Shown: positions 41,401-48,643 of the stretch, in pieces | Layout of the letters: each line of letters starts with the position of its first letter | How positions within the stretch are numbered: position 1 is the stretch's first letter | Origin: an uncultured Collinsella sp. | GTDB lineage: Bacteria > Actinomycetota > Coriobacteriia > Coriobacteriales > Coriobacteriaceae | Assembly (NCBI GenBank): GCA_902464175.1 | Contig: CABQHZ010000001.1 | Location: 1 to 59,440 of the forward strand | DNA length: 59,440 nucleotides | Direction of reading: 5' to 3' | Program-made: the position numbers and the translations under genes | The notes under the pieces: generated by a model | The model's database searches: none | What the model was told of the DNA's origin: nothing | The model's input: the letters and a program-made list of their open reading frames with translations, nothing else

Positions 41401-42348
41401 GAACGCATTAACGCCGATTGATGTGATAGATGTGTTCCCTCCCAGACCGGTATCGGTCAGAGCGCTGCAGCCATTATAAGCGTTCTCAGGAATCGAACTG
41501 AGACCAACGACCTTGTCGAGACCCGTAGATCGCAGCCCGCTCCAGGCAAACGCGGCATCGCCCATAGAGCCGATGGTAGCAACGTCATTAATGTTCAGGC
41601 TCGTAAGCGATCCGCACCCAGAAAACGCCTCTGTTCCGATGCCCCCAATGGTCATGCCGGAAAAACTGATATCGGCGAGATTCGAGCAACCAGAAAAGGC
41701 GTGTAGTCCAATTGAAGAAATAGAGCTGTTCTCAAAACGTACCGAGCGCAGACTGGAGGAGTACTCACAAATATATCCGGGGACCCCATCCACTCCGTAA
41801 TCAACGATCAGGTTGGTCACCAATTTACCATCGACAGAGTTCTCATACGGGTCGTTTCCATCGATCTCTACCGTAACGTTTCCGCTTGCATCACACGGAT
41901 ACACATAGCCGTTCGGCATAAGCTTGGCATACTCATAGACCGTTGGGTCCTCATACACGAGGGAATCGACTTCGCTGTCATCGGACGAGGGTTCCGCCGT
42001 AGCAGCCAAGCTCTTTGCAGCATCGGAGTTGGTCGCGGAGCTCGAAAGGTCTTGGGCCAAGCTCGACGTGGAAGTGCTGGTATCCGAGCTGGACGATTCG
42101 TCCTGAGCGTTATTCGTTTGGTCGGAAGTTGTGGATGAGCTGCCCTCGCTCGAAGACGACGCGTTATCGACCGCATCGACATCAGCGTCAGAGCTCGAGT
42201 CGGTCTTTTGGGCCTCGCTCTCGACGGCGACCGCCCCGGCATCATCGGCATAGGCCGCGCGGGGCGCAAGGGGTATCGAGGTCACGACCATCGCAACCGA
42301 AAGATAGACAACCAAAAACCTATAGAGGGCAGCAGTGATCCTGTTCAT
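29491..42348 (-). CDS. Giant (4285 aa) sortase-anchored surface protein: BspA-type leucine-rich repeats, Ig-like, InlB-B-like repeats, MBG-like and Ig repeats, PD-rich linker, LADTG anchor
   Basis: N-terminal signal peptide (...APRAAYA). Two LRR modules with SIGxxAFxxCxxL repeats. Many GYxFxGW-type repeats. Three copies of a V(T)AxAVNG...QPQD...SYQW...GEYxCRITQ...TDAGTYR...NPxF module. C-terminal LADTGD + hydrophobic stretch + RRRR. Confidence 0.9.
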   Translation of the reverse strand: MNRITAALYRFLVVYLSVAMVVTSIPLAPRAAYADDAGAVAVESEAQKTDSSSDADVDAVDNASSSSEGSSSTTSDQTNNAQDESSSSDTSTSTSSLAQDLSSSATNSDAAKSLAATAEPSSDDSEVDSLVYEDPTVYEYAKLMPNGYVYPCDASGNVTVEIDGNDPYENSVDGKLVTNLIVDYGVDGVPGYICEYSSSLRSVRFENSSISSIGLHAFSGCSNLADISFSGMTIGGIGTEAFSGCGSLTSLNINDVATIGSMGDAAFAWSGLRSTGLDKVVGLSSIPENAYNGCSALTDTGLGGNTSITSIGVNAFKNCSRLATTGLENNTTIKTLREGCFSGTNMSGGLTLPLYSKIEELPSRAFYGSKLETVYLGCDHVVLINSTTFPKQNMTVMVPAKMVSQYASGRPKEVWESCNGSLPVPVGKVLQKIKISRDPDKMAYQQGDTISLEGMSVTFQYPHSTMDSDYEALIKDELGEYLTATPCDGDVFDESMDGEPIQLVYDDGYTRLVAYSKGNLQQAAYEYAKLMPNYYLYPCDANGNLTVEIDENSPRENSVDGRMVTNLIVDYGVDEVDAQLCADSTNLRSVRFENTSISKIGLHAFYNCPNLTDISLFGMTIGTIGKEAFYGCKSLASLNISETTTIGSMGYAAFAGSGLVSTGLDKVVGLTSIPDRAYEGCKALTDTGLDKNASITSIGVCAFRFCSNLATTGLESNTTVETLGHTCFYGTDLSGGLTLPYNSKIEELPEKAFGSTNLETVFFGCNHAVLINTDTFPKYNMTVMVPAKMIPKYSKGEPKAVWERCNGCLPVPVGKVLENVEISCDPNNMTYEPGDTISLEGMSVELDYPHSVSIWDYEALIKEELGEYLTATPCDGDVFDESMDGQPVKLVYDDGYSHFETQTKGTLQLKKPTPTSFQISYAQTIDKGERKLMDGVELPDVSGTMTIDAGAEVTLDAGALGMLNDNITFKGWYDTESGKYISKEAVCTFTPDKDLSLEARFKLKDYAVHANDAQATDSSQDFAHLSVTAQNCYRNAGETVELSAATDNALFLGWYLGEGDDAYAVSDQLDFTYTVDKADAIVSEDKTDARIEITPRYCAPQASVVLSVDGVDENGQPLGQFLSTGLYGIGSRVTVVAVPMPGYVFDYATDALGNVVFTGDDGPSYTFVLEGDVQYTAHFREATDPDESLAALKAALIAAITAAAVLATMYGLGEIVDPIAADAVIEIGMADNIEDVAAVGTKVLKEIKDIIDDHKKPKPHGDHKIEIIATAQPEVGGVVTGGGIHYEGTVATLEAVANPGYRFVCWKENGVEVSTSPLKTMTITDLTPEVVKMTAVFEKKVEITAVAEADGIQADFSTGCTASPVKQSITRGDQAMVTASEGPDYAFVGWFEDGLEVSPERTYIFKAEVDRHLVARFRKADKTILVNTDPFDSAEVLCDGVPVVDGKVRAKDGDILTFTMRPKVRPDNPEKTYRFVEWRETDAQGITIANKQEVCEYRVNGNARIEAVMDGRDAHTVRAEADPLEGGTVTLKRGETAGMVLEVPEGERVTAEATPSEGYIFDGWYLSNGGSDATSTLVSSDRSYTFEPITDCVVQAKFTRACKVDVVVEPAAAMAGKYMVHGEGYCMKGEPATLSIELTAEASKQFTFKGWYDAKTDLLLGTDPSYLEFYPEDVECTVRAVFEENTYTVTAKAKKTFVERGTVEIEGHPGASSVTCGYGDTVMLKAKANDGYRFDHWKDGSGKEYESAELVVKVTKSDTYTAIFTDSKPEVMVTADSWLGGTVTCNGTVVKPATDKFKLGETLHLTAKARPGYLFWGWYVNGRLKSLKHETTLVAKARGKTGHCVITAAFVPIDTVCVPLADPAEGGTVKASRILADRGAEVALKATPNPGYVFTGWYTADGTFESADAEFTCHQERSHVHVARFMAKSYEVDATAVVDSGTGSLVESSVVGWVEGTGTVEAGHAATLTAHALSGYAFEYWADASGAVVSRDTTYHVAPTSDTALQAVFSAKQYAVDVSCEESMGTVEGAGSYAAGQVATVRAVAAEDTAFVGWFQNGTCVSSKKTYRFTVREDTSLYAVFASGSYVVHTVASPAEGGAVNGFGGYEVGDRATLRAIANTGYSFAGWTDDKGETVSENADYTVKVTGDATYTAIFTPKSYQVVLSASDDGVGTLSGEGSYQFGDTVELNATPMGTKRFVGWYVLDAEGNKSLLSCDAHCWVKLDKDMVEGLEDDALELQAVFADPYEVTVTGEVVAKDKASNRGCRVTGSGCFAVGDQVELTAVAGMGYRFVGWSTDKEGTSIVETATTLDVTATQDITYYAQFESDGQVTITVTGSSIFRGTALLVDGIPAGSRSYDRGDMFMAIAIPWKKYHFSHWVDDAGVTVSYSAFYIGTAKENKQLTAVFYETGCDVQVATYPKDAGFSMVALGTGGSYHSAAIMFTVPHKGWKFKYWVDENGMPVGFTPVINRVVFGNRTFTAVYERASMTVTAVDSRQGGHVEGSSEDESLGYAVTNEVENGESTTLTAVPDAGYVFDGWYARNDDGSLGDEPLSMDAVWTFVPEDNMTVEARFAEAPKYKVTARAVNGSVDPETASVATDGKVTLSATPDEGCYLTRVTVAEEAGEDGSAGNAYDLDISDYQGGAYEVTLSGVSAPQQVTFEFAKAAAPEVLAQPQDASAYEGDPVELSVAAEAGRNVRVHAAVSSGSAADVKLSYQWYRVPADGGKAVPLKGETGETLSIAQLGSDSEGEYFCRITQSYLGTVTKTDTEHATVSIVPREALVFNGRVLPAATAHDEYRADIAGATGGKAPYAYNLDDVEVPEGMQLTLADDGSGALVLSGVPAATGVRRFKIRCTDDHGNKCDAHFALLVKAKEAPLAFEGQTFTYNATAQAPELLGVPEGCEDDVKLTYVGTGDTHYSSDQAPVDAGTYRVVATLDAQGYVGNASCDFTIEKAPVDISIETSDVTYDGARHGAVVAVAGLDASAYSVTYRGIDGTSYGPTALEPCDSGNYRVTVKVTDPNYQGKKSAEFSITKASQVITGTTSYSGVYGGDPIVFNNVAQTPVSFELVDSDDDASPVSIKGRCATVKAAGTARVVAHAKASRNYLAAEDVELSVSVAPAQLLVKVDDAERFEGQKNPEFTSSLVSRCDTSDVKVTYFCSANEKSPAGEYQIDAAVADPNFDVAVDPGTLTVKKKPEHYKVTAKAVNGSVDNALVSVVEGGDATLSATPDEGCYLERVTVVQAGSDATVDLDISDYKGGAYEVTLSDVTASQEVTFEFAKADAPRVVAQPQDVSVHEGDAVALSVAAEAGKNVADHAASSTGCAAEVELSYQWFRMANGKAVALDGETGETLSLADLDDEKAGEYYCRITQRYLGAEKQADSDCASVSVVAWDTLVFNGDLLPAASAHGTYIATIAGAAGGMAPYEYAWDETKLPDGLKLSRIPGGLTLSGIPSKTGVSAFDITCTDARGEATTARFALVVQAKHVILTFTDGDYTFNGAPQTPEVSGAPKVCKGDLRVWYFGTGSTQYSSTEAPTDAGTYRAVATLRSHGYIGAAACQFEIAPAKLKVKIDDAERFEGEANPAFTSSLESAVDTSGVKVEYSCDADEDSPAGEYQIGATVTDPNFDVEVVPGTLTVKKKQEPVNPNPVVPDPDNPDPDQPDPGPKPDPDNPDPDNPEPDNPDKPERFEVTAEAVNGSVDNASVTVDAGGDVTLSATPDEGCYLERVTVTEAGSDKAVDLDISDYEGGAYEVTLSGVTASQEVTFEFVKADAPKMIAQPQDASAHEGDAAVLSVAAEAGKGVLDHASSSTGSAADVELSYQWFHMVGGEAVALEGETGETLLIENLDDDCAGEYFCRVTQRYLGTEAQVESDRAVVSVVPRDALVFNGGLLPVARAHSTYRATISGAAGGEAPYEYTWDDAKLPDGFKLTRTAGGLTLSGTPSKAGVSTFDITCKDAQGKTVTAHFVLVVQTKRVELAFEGGNFVYSGDAQAPKVTGVPKACEGDLRVRYYGTGGTHYSSSEAPTDAGTYRAVATLRSNGYVGAASRKFKIAPTKLKVKVDDVERFEGEMNPAFTSSLKSSADTSRVKVEYSCVADESSPAGEYQIEATVTDPNFDVTVEPGTLTVKKKQEPVDPDPVVPDPDKPDGPDPDKPDPDKPEPDQPDPGKPEPDKPEPDQPDKPDPDNPDKPEPDNPSKPEPEKPGTPDSDQPDSKDPTKPGSSDNSAVDKAKASGTENSGKKESSKTSAQQLADTGDRAPLAVVVAAGAAVLVALGLELLRRRRSDA
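29740..29950 (-). repeat. Coding tandem ~15-nt repeats (PDKPD/PEPDK linker); a second tract lies at ~31295-31420
   Basis: Imperfect 5-codon repeats within the giant CDS. Confidence 0.8.
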
Positions 42349-42474
42349 AGGAACCTTCCCGCAATTCGCAAAGATACAGAGTCCCAGTGTGGGCCATCAT
42401 TTCACATTACCCTGTATAAGCGACAATGCGGGAAGGTAGCGTAAACGGTTTATCTAAGGGCGCAAAAGGTTGGT

Positions 42475-43617
42475 CTAATCGCAGCTCAAATCGCGCAGAG
42501 CCTCAATCGCCATGTTGACTTCCTCGGCCGTGTTGAAGTAACCAAACGAGAACCGAACCACGCCCTGGCGCTCGGTTCCCAACGCACGGTGCATGAGCGG
42601 AGCGCAATGGGCGCCGGGGCGCGTCGCAATCCCCCACCCTTGCATGAGCGCGTCCGAGATCTCGGCAGAGTCGATATCACCCACGTTGAGCGACACGATC
42701 GCAGAGTGCGCCGGCTGGTCAAAGGCACCGTAGAGCTTAATCCCCGGAATCTCGCACACACCGGCAAGGAAGCGATCGGCGAGCGCACGCTCGTGGGCAG
42801 CAATCGCCTCGACCCCACCCTGGGCCTCGATAAAGTCGAGGCCGGCAGAAAGGCCCGCGATGCCGTGGCCGTTGAGCGTGCCCGCCTCAAGGCGCGTGGG
42901 CCACTCAAGCGGCTGCAGCGCATCGAAACTGTGCACGCCCGTGCCGCCCATGGCCCACGGCGCCACGTCAATGCCCTCCGCCACGGCCAGCCCGCCGGTG
43001 CCTTGGGGTCCCATGAGCCCCTTGTGGCCGGTAAAGCACACGACGTCGAGCCCCATGGCCTGCATATCGATATGCGCCGTGCCGGCAGACTGCGAGGCAT
43101 CGACAATTACCAGCGCGCCGGCCGCATGGGCCATGGCGGCCACACGTGCAACGTCGACCGCATTGCCGGTCACATTGGAGGCATGCGTCACCACCACGGC
43201 GCGCGTACCCGGCGTGACCAGCTGCTCGAGCTCGTCATAGTCGAGCACGCCGTTCGCGTCACAGCCCGCATGCTCAACGGTCACACCCTGCTCCACCGCC
43301 AGGCGGTTAAGCGGACGCAGCACGGAGTTGTGCTCGAGCACCGTCGTGACCACACGGTCGCCGGGGCGCACCACGCCATTGATGACGGTGTTGAGCGCCG
43401 CGGTGGAGTTGGGCGTAAAGCACACATGGTCCGCCCTCGGGCAACCTAAAAGGCGCGCGAGCTTGGCACGGCAACCGTGAATCGTACGAGCGGCATCGAG
43501 GGCACCCGACGTGGCGCCGCGCCCGGCATTGCCGAGCGAGCACATCGCCTGCGTCACGGCATCGATGACCGTCTGCGGCTTGTGCATGGTCGTCGCCGCG
43601 TTATCCAGGTAGATCAT
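42475..43617 (-). CDS. Class-V aminotransferase, cysteine desulfurase/selenocysteine lyase of the selenium-associated type
   Basis: YLDNAATT, EHNSV, HASNVTG, DASQSAG, FTGHKGLMGP (PLP Lys), EAGT, RPGAHCAP (catalytic Cys). Last gene of the selD-yedF-DUF3343 run. Confidence 0.88.
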   Translation of the reverse strand: MIYLDNAATTMHKPQTVIDAVTQAMCSLGNAGRGATSGALDAARTIHGCRAKLARLLGCPRADHVCFTPNSTAALNTVINGVVRPGDRVVTTVLEHNSVLRPLNRLAVEQGVTVEHAGCDANGVLDYDELEQLVTPGTRAVVVTHASNVTGNAVDVARVAAMAHAAGALVIVDASQSAGTAHIDMQAMGLDVVCFTGHKGLMGPQGTGGLAVAEGIDVAPWAMGGTGVHSFDALQPLEWPTRLEAGTLNGHGIAGLSAGLDFIEAQGGVEAIAAHERALADRFLAGVCEIPGIKLYGAFDQPAHSAIVSLNVGDIDSAEISDALMQGWGIATRPGAHCAPLMHRALGTERQGVVRFSFGYFNTAEEVNMAIEALRDLSCD

Positions 43618-43865
43618 CGCACGACCTCCCACATATCAATCACGGTATAGCCCTCGGTGGGAACGCCCGCCGCGGCGAGTTCGCCGCGCAGCAGCTCCTC
43701 ATCGGCAGGCAACGCCTTCCACGCCAGACCACAGCCGGCAGCGACCTCCCCGGGCACGGGAATCGTTCGCCCGGGAAGGCCGCGCTCGATGCACAGGGAC
43801 TCGCAGCCCATGGCGGCCGCCGTGGTGGGAAACGTGATGACAAGCGCCGGGCGCTTCTCCCTCAT
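43614..43865 (-). CDS. DUF3343-family protein (putative Se/S carrier)
   Basis: LVITFPTTAAAM...GRTIPVPGEVAAGCGLAW. SD GGAG; ATGA overlap with the next gene. Confidence 0.85.
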   Translation of the reverse strand: MREKRPALVITFPTTAAAMGCESLCIERGLPGRTIPVPGEVAAGCGLAWKALPADEELLRGELAAAGVPTEGYTVIDMWEVVR

Positions 43866-43884
43866 GGCAACTCCAACCAATACG

Positions 43885-44511
43885 CTACGGGCGCACGACG
43901 CGCACGGCCTGCTCCATCTTCTCCACGATCACGTACATGTTGGTGACCTCGCCCACCGCAAGCTGGTCTTTAATGCCATAGTGGTCGAGGCAGGTACCAC
44001 AGGTGAGAATCTCGACACCCTGCTCGGCCAGGCCCTTCAGGTCGTCGAGCACCGGCGAGCCCTCAACGGTGAGCTTGGCGCCGCCGTTGTAGAACAGCAT
44101 GGTCGCGGGCAGCTCCTCCTGCTGCGTCACGGCAAAGATAAACGCTTTCATGAGCTTGTGGCCCAGCTCGTCGTCGCCACGGCCCATGCAGTCGGTGTAG
44201 ACGGAAATGACGAGCCTGCCCTTGCCGGCGCTGGCATCACAGAAGGCAGCGCCATCCTGCTCGGGATCGGCCATGGCAATGGCGCCAGAGGTCGCCACGG
44301 TCACGTGCCACTCGGCGTCAGAAACCTTCTTGACCGAGGCCGTGCAGCCTTTCTCCTGCGCCATCTTGGAGATGTTCTTGACGGCGGTCTCGTTGTCGAC
44401 CGAGGTCACGACGGCGCCCTCGCCATCGAGCTGCTTCAGAGCTTTGAGCGTCTTGACGACGGGCAGCGGGCAGGCATCGCCCATGGCATTGACTTCAATC
44501 TTGGTAGACAT
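43885..44511 (-). CDS. yedF: Selenium metabolism protein YedF (TusA/SirA-like + DsrE-like domains)
   Basis: AMGDACPLPVV, VDNETAVKN, MGRGDDELG, FYNGG, ILTCGTCLDHY, GEVTNMY. Start ATG 44511. Confidence 0.88.
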   Translation of the reverse strand: MSTKIEVNAMGDACPLPVVKTLKALKQLDGEGAVVTSVDNETAVKNISKMAQEKGCTASVKKVSDAEWHVTVATSGAIAMADPEQDGAAFCDASAGKGRLVISVYTDCMGRGDDELGHKLMKAFIFAVTQQEELPATMLFYNGGAKLTVEGSPVLDDLKGLAEQGVEILTCGTCLDHYGIKDQLAVGEVTNMYVIVEKMEQAVRVVRP

Positions 44512-44572
44512 AGCAAATTCCTTTCGAAAGAGCCGTTCTAGAGAACGGCAAACAGTTACATAAACGTGCGGG

Positions 44573-45622
44573 CTAGCGAACAACGCGGACGGCAGGACCG
44601 CCCGGCTCCGCCTCGCACACGCGCCCGACAACGGCCGCGATGCGCCCCTCGGCATGCAAGCGACGCGCAAGCCCATCCACATCGGCAGCAGGCGCCGCGA
44701 TGAGCAAACCGCCCGAGGTCTGCGGATCGTACAGCGCATCCAACATGCCCGGCTCCAGGTCCTCGTCGGCAGTCACGCGCGGGCCAAAGAAGTCCTGGTT
44801 GCGGTAGGAGCCAGCGGGGATAATGCCCAGACGCGCCATGTCGAGCACCTGGTCAAAGAGAGGCACCGCCCCCGACGCAAGCTCAATCTGCACGCCCGAG
44901 CCCTCGGCCATCTCGCACGCATGCCCAATCAGGCCAAAGCCCGTAATGTCGGTGCAGCCGTGAAGTTCGAGCCCCTCGGCCAAACGGATCGGGGCCTCGT
45001 TGAGGGTACACATCGAGTCAAACATGGCTGCGGCCTCGTCCTGCTCGATGAGCTCGCCCTTAATGGCCGTGGTGATGATGCCCGAGCCGATCGCCTTGGT
45101 CAGCAGCAGAACATCGCCCACGCGTGCGCCGCTGTTGGCGAGCATGTGGTCGAGTGGCACAAAACCGCTCACGGACAGACCGTACTTGGGCTCGTCGTCG
45201 TTGATGGTGTGGCCGCCCGCGATGGAGCAACCCGCCTCGACGCACTTATCGGCGCCGCCCGCCAGAATCTGACCGGCAACCTCAACGCCCAGGCAACTGG
45301 GTATGCAAAGCAGGTTCATGGCATGGCTCGGCCGCCCGCCCATGGCGTAGATGTCCGACAGCGAGTTGGCCGCAGCAATCTGGCCAAACAGAAACGGGTC
45401 GTCGACCATCGGTGGGAAGAAGTCGATGGACTGCACGAGCCCCAGGTTCTCCCCTACGCGGAAGACGCTCGCATCGTCGGAGGTATCGAACCCCACGAGC
45501 AAGTTGTCGTTATGCACATTTGGCAAGTCGCCCAAGACCTGGGCGAGGGCTCCAGGAGCCAACTTAGCGGCTCAACCGCTCGCGGCAGTCATAGACGTGA
45601 GCTTAATCTGATCGTCAGCCAT
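44573..45622 (-). CDS. selD: Selenide, water dikinase (selenophosphate synthetase), selenocysteine-containing (U17; UGA at 45572-45574)
   Basis: From ATG 45622 (SD GAGGAGGT): MADDQIKLTSMTAASG-U-AAKLAPG (conserved U/CxxK). Also DDASV, DFFPP, AANSLSDIYAMGG, GGHT, TDITGFGL, DPQTSGGLL. Confidence 0.95.
45528..45560 (-). promoter_or_regulatory. Candidate SECIS of selD (two tandem hairpins)
   Basis: GGCTC-CTG-GAGCC at +12..+24 and TCGCCCA-GGTCT-TGGGCGA at +26..+44 after the UGA. Confidence 0.55.
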
Positions 45623-45692
45623 CGATACCTCCTCTCATCGGTCAATCATTTCCTCCCAGTATACGCATGAATGCAGGCCCACGGCCGATGCA

Positions 45693-46457
45693 TTAATCGA
45701 GCGCCTGTGCGCGAATCGCCGCGCCGATGGCACCGGCAAAGCGGGCCTGGGGCGAGGTGGTCACCGGCGACCCCAGCAGCTCGCCCAACCGCTCCACAAC
45801 GTAGGCGTTCTCGCACAGACCACCGGTCAGATAGTACGGGGCGCCCGCCGCCTGCCCGGCCATAGTGGCCACGCGCGACACGACACTCTCGATCACGCCA
45901 CGCGCAATGTTCTCGCGCGGCTCACCGCGACCGATCAGGCTGATAACCTCGCTTTCGGCAAACACCGTGCACATGCTGCTGATCTTGGTGGGTTCGCCGG
46001 AACGCGCCAGGTCGGCCATCTGCTGCTGGGAAATGCCTAGGCGGTCGGCCATGATCTCCAAAAAGCGCCCCGTGCCGGCAGCGCACTTGTCGTTCATGGC
46101 GAACTTGGCCACGCGGCCACTTTTAAGCTGAATGACCTTGGTATCCTGGCCGCCCACGTCAATCACCGTGCCGTGATCGCCAAACAGGCGCACGGCACCG
46201 GTGCCGTGGCAGGTGATCTCGGTCACGACCTTGTGCGCATAGGGCACGGCAACACGGCCGTAGCCAGTCGCGACCACGCGAACATCGTCGCCTGTCACGT
46301 CATAGCCGGCTGCAGCGAGCTCAACGCGGAGGCGCTCGGCCGCATCGACCGAGGAGAACCCGGTTGGCTGCACGCACATCCACGCCACCGAACCCTCCCC
46401 GTCGACCACAGCAGCCTTAGCCGCCGTAGACCCGATATCGATCCCGATCCCTATCAT
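45693..46457 (-). CDS. ATP-dependent [4Fe-4S] activase (HgdC/YjiL/DCCP-R family, ASKHA ATPase)
   Basis: GIDIGST, ATGYGR, TEITCHG, IDVGGQDTK, MNDKCAAGTGRFLE, ISSMCTVFAESEVIS. Confidence 0.93.
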   Translation of the reverse strand: MIGIGIDIGSTAAKAAVVDGEGSVAWMCVQPTGFSSVDAAERLRVELAAAGYDVTGDDVRVVATGYGRVAVPYAHKVVTEITCHGTGAVRLFGDHGTVIDVGGQDTKVIQLKSGRVAKFAMNDKCAAGTGRFLEIMADRLGISQQQMADLARSGEPTKISSMCTVFAESEVISLIGRGEPRENIARGVIESVVSRVATMAGQAAGAPYYLTGGLCENAYVVERLGELLGSPVTTSPQARFAGAIGAAIRAQALD

Positions 46458-46512
46458 GGCTCTCTCCCAATCAGCAAGAAAATCAAACGATCAGACACTG
46501 CTGCAACAACGG

Positions 46513-46624
46513 CCCTCTGGCGTCTGAGGTGCCCGAGATTCCGAGCGACAAGCCCGACGAAGCGTACTCAAGGTACGCGAGGAGGGTTGGAGCCGGAAGG
46601 TCGGTTGCCTCAGACGTCAGAGGG
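46513..46624 (+). repeat. Structured palindromic repeat element, copy 1 (REP/MITE-like)
   Basis: 17-bp terminal IR (CCCTCTGGCGTCTGAGG / CCTCAGACGTCAGAGGG) with inner stems. Homologous to 53226-53328. Confidence 0.6.
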
Positions 46625-47780
46625 TTTCGATAAAGGCGGCGATGCGCGTCTCGATCTGGCCCATGTCGCCATTGCTGTAGTCGGTCTCGATCTTCATATA
46701 CGGAATACCCGCACCCTCGACAGCCTCCTGCATGCGCGCACTCTCCACGTTAAAGGTGTGGCAGGCCTGCAGCACGCTCTCCACCACGCCATCGACGTGG
46801 TACTTCTCGCACATGGCCAGCGTGTTCTCCATGCGGCCGTCATTGGGCGTCATGACCGAGCAGTTGATATCCAGGTAGCGGTCGGCGATGGCGCGCAGGA
46901 TGTCGGGAGTCTCCGGATCGATCATCATGGCCGCCGTGCGCTCACCCGAGCAGTCGTCCATGCACACGACCACGCCGCCGTTGGACTCGATGGTGCGACC
47001 GATCTTGTTGATCACGCCGCCCACCGGGCAACCGGTGATCAGAATGCGCTTGGCATCCGCCGCAACCGGGCGCTCGCCCGCGTCGTAGGCCTCTCGCAGC
47101 TTGGCAACCTTTTGCTCCAGCTGCTGCGTATAGGCCTCGATATCAAAGCTGAACGTACCGGCAAACATGGTGCTCATCAGGTCGACGCCGCTCATGGCCG
47201 CCGGCTGGTTAGCCTGCAGCGCAAACATCTCAAGCTGGGCCGCACGCAGGCGATTGCGACGACGGACAGCGGCGCGCAGGTCGTCATCGGTGATCGTAAT
47301 ACCGTAGAAGTTCTCGAGCTCCTCCTTGAGCAGGCGGCACTCCTCGTACCAGCCCTCACGCTCATAGGCACGATCGCGGCTCTGCGGAAGATGCAGAATG
47401 TGCGTGCGCTTGAGTTCGTTGAGCAGTTCGTACATCTTCTTCTTGCCGTCGCAGGTGGTCTCGCCGATGATCATGTCGCTAAAGTACGTAAACGGGCACT
47501 TTTGCGAGTAGGCAAAGCCATACGTCGACTTGATGAGCGGGCAGAGGTTTGCCGGCAGCACCTTCTCGGCCTCGGGAATCACCTCATCGGACGTACCGCA
47601 CAGAGCGACACTTGCGGCCCCCGCGGCATCGATAATCTCGAGCGGCGTATAGCTGCACAAGAAGCCGACCAGGCGATTACCCGCCTGCTTATAATCCTTC
47701 ACGCGAATAAACGCCGCCTTGCGCTGCTCGTTGAACTCCTCAAACGTGCGCGGCAACGGCTGCCCCTCGATATCGGCCAT
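46617..47780 (-). CDS. Double-cubane [8Fe-9S] cluster anaerobic reductase, paralog B (YjiM-like; 2-hydroxyacyl-CoA dehydratase fold)
   Basis: Eight conserved Cys: [45 protein letters not shown]-terminal ETDY...TRIAAF. Start ATG 47780. Confidence 0.85.
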   Translation of the reverse strand: MADIEGQPLPRTFEEFNEQRKAAFIRVKDYKQAGNRLVGFLCSYTPLEIIDAAGAASVALCGTSDEVIPEAEKVLPANLCPLIKSTYGFAYSQKCPFTYFSDMIIGETTCDGKKKMYELLNELKRTHILHLPQSRDRAYEREGWYEECRLLKEELENFYGITITDDDLRAAVRRRNRLRAAQLEMFALQANQPAAMSGVDLMSTMFAGTFSFDIEAYTQQLEQKVAKLREAYDAGERPVAADAKRILITGCPVGGVINKIGRTIESNGGVVVCMDDCSGERTAAMMIDPETPDILRAIADRYLDINCSVMTPNDGRMENTLAMCEKYHVDGVVESVLQACHTFNVESARMQEAVEGAGIPYMKIETDYSNGDMGQIETRIAAFIETL

Positions 47781-47857
47781 AGTAGATCCCCTCTCTTGTA
47801 CCGATGTACCTTCCATTAAACAACGAACCCCCGCAATACCAAAAAGGAATCGCTCCT

Positions 47858-48643
47858 TTAGGGAATCGCGTCGATAAGCGCCTGTGTATACGGATCGCTC
47901 GGATGCGCGATCACGTCCTCGGCAGCGCCCTCCTCAACAAGGCGGCCGTGATAGAGCACGCCGATCCGGTCGGACATATGCCGCACCACACGCATATCGT
48001 GCGAGATAAACAGCAAGGCCACGCCCGTTGTGCGTTGCAGCTCCCGAAGCAAGTTGAGCACCTGGGCTTGCACAGACACGTCGAGCGCCGAGACCGGCTC
48101 ATCGCACACCACGAGGCGCGGCTCGCAAATGAGCGCGCGTGCCAGATTAAGTCGCTGGCGCTGTCCGCCCGAAAGATCGTGCGGATAGCGGTCGTAGTGC
48201 TCGGGCAGCAAACCCACCGACGCCAGAGCCGAAAGCGCACGCTCGTGGCGCTCGTCCGCATCGCGCACGCCGGCGATAATCAGCGACTCCTCCAAAATGC
48301 GACCGACACGGTTGCGTGGGTCAAACGCGGTGGAGCTGTCCTGAAACACGAGTTGGATCTCACGGCGATATGGTTTGCGCTCGCGCTCCGACATAGCAGC
48401 CAAGTCATGGCCGCGATAGATAATCGAACCGGAATCCGCGTGCTCAAGCCCACAGATCAGACGCCCGGTCGTCGACTTGCCCGATCCAGATTCGCCGACC
48501 AAGCCATAGACCTCGCCCGGCGCAATCTCAAACGAAAGGTCGTCCACAGCGGTAAACACCTGGCGCTTAAAGCCCGAACCCGACATGGGATAGGTTTTGG
48601 TCAGGTGCGAGACCTTAAGCAGGGCTTCGCTATTTGCAGCCAT
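47858..48643 (-). CDS. Peptide/nickel ABC transporter ATP-binding subunit (OppF/DppF-like)
   Basis: [32 protein letters not shown]. Start ATG 48643. Confidence 0.92.
   Translation of the reverse strand: MAANSEALLKVSHLTKTYPMSGSGFKRQVFTAVDDLSFEIAPGEVYGLVGESGSGKSTTGRLICGLEHADSGSIIYRGHDLAAMSERERKPYRREIQLVFQDSSTAFDPRNRVGRILEESLIIAGVRDADERHERALSALASVGLLPEHYDRYPHDLSGGQRQRLNLARALICEPRLVVCDEPVSALDVSVQAQVLNLLRELQRTTGVALLFISHDMRVVRHMSDRIGVLYHGRLVEEGAAEDVIAHPSDPYTQALIDAIP

Noticed and set aside
44573..45562. selD starting at TTG 45562 and lacking its catalytic residue
   Set aside because: An upstream ATG with a strong SD and the in-frame U-x-x-K motif give the full protein.
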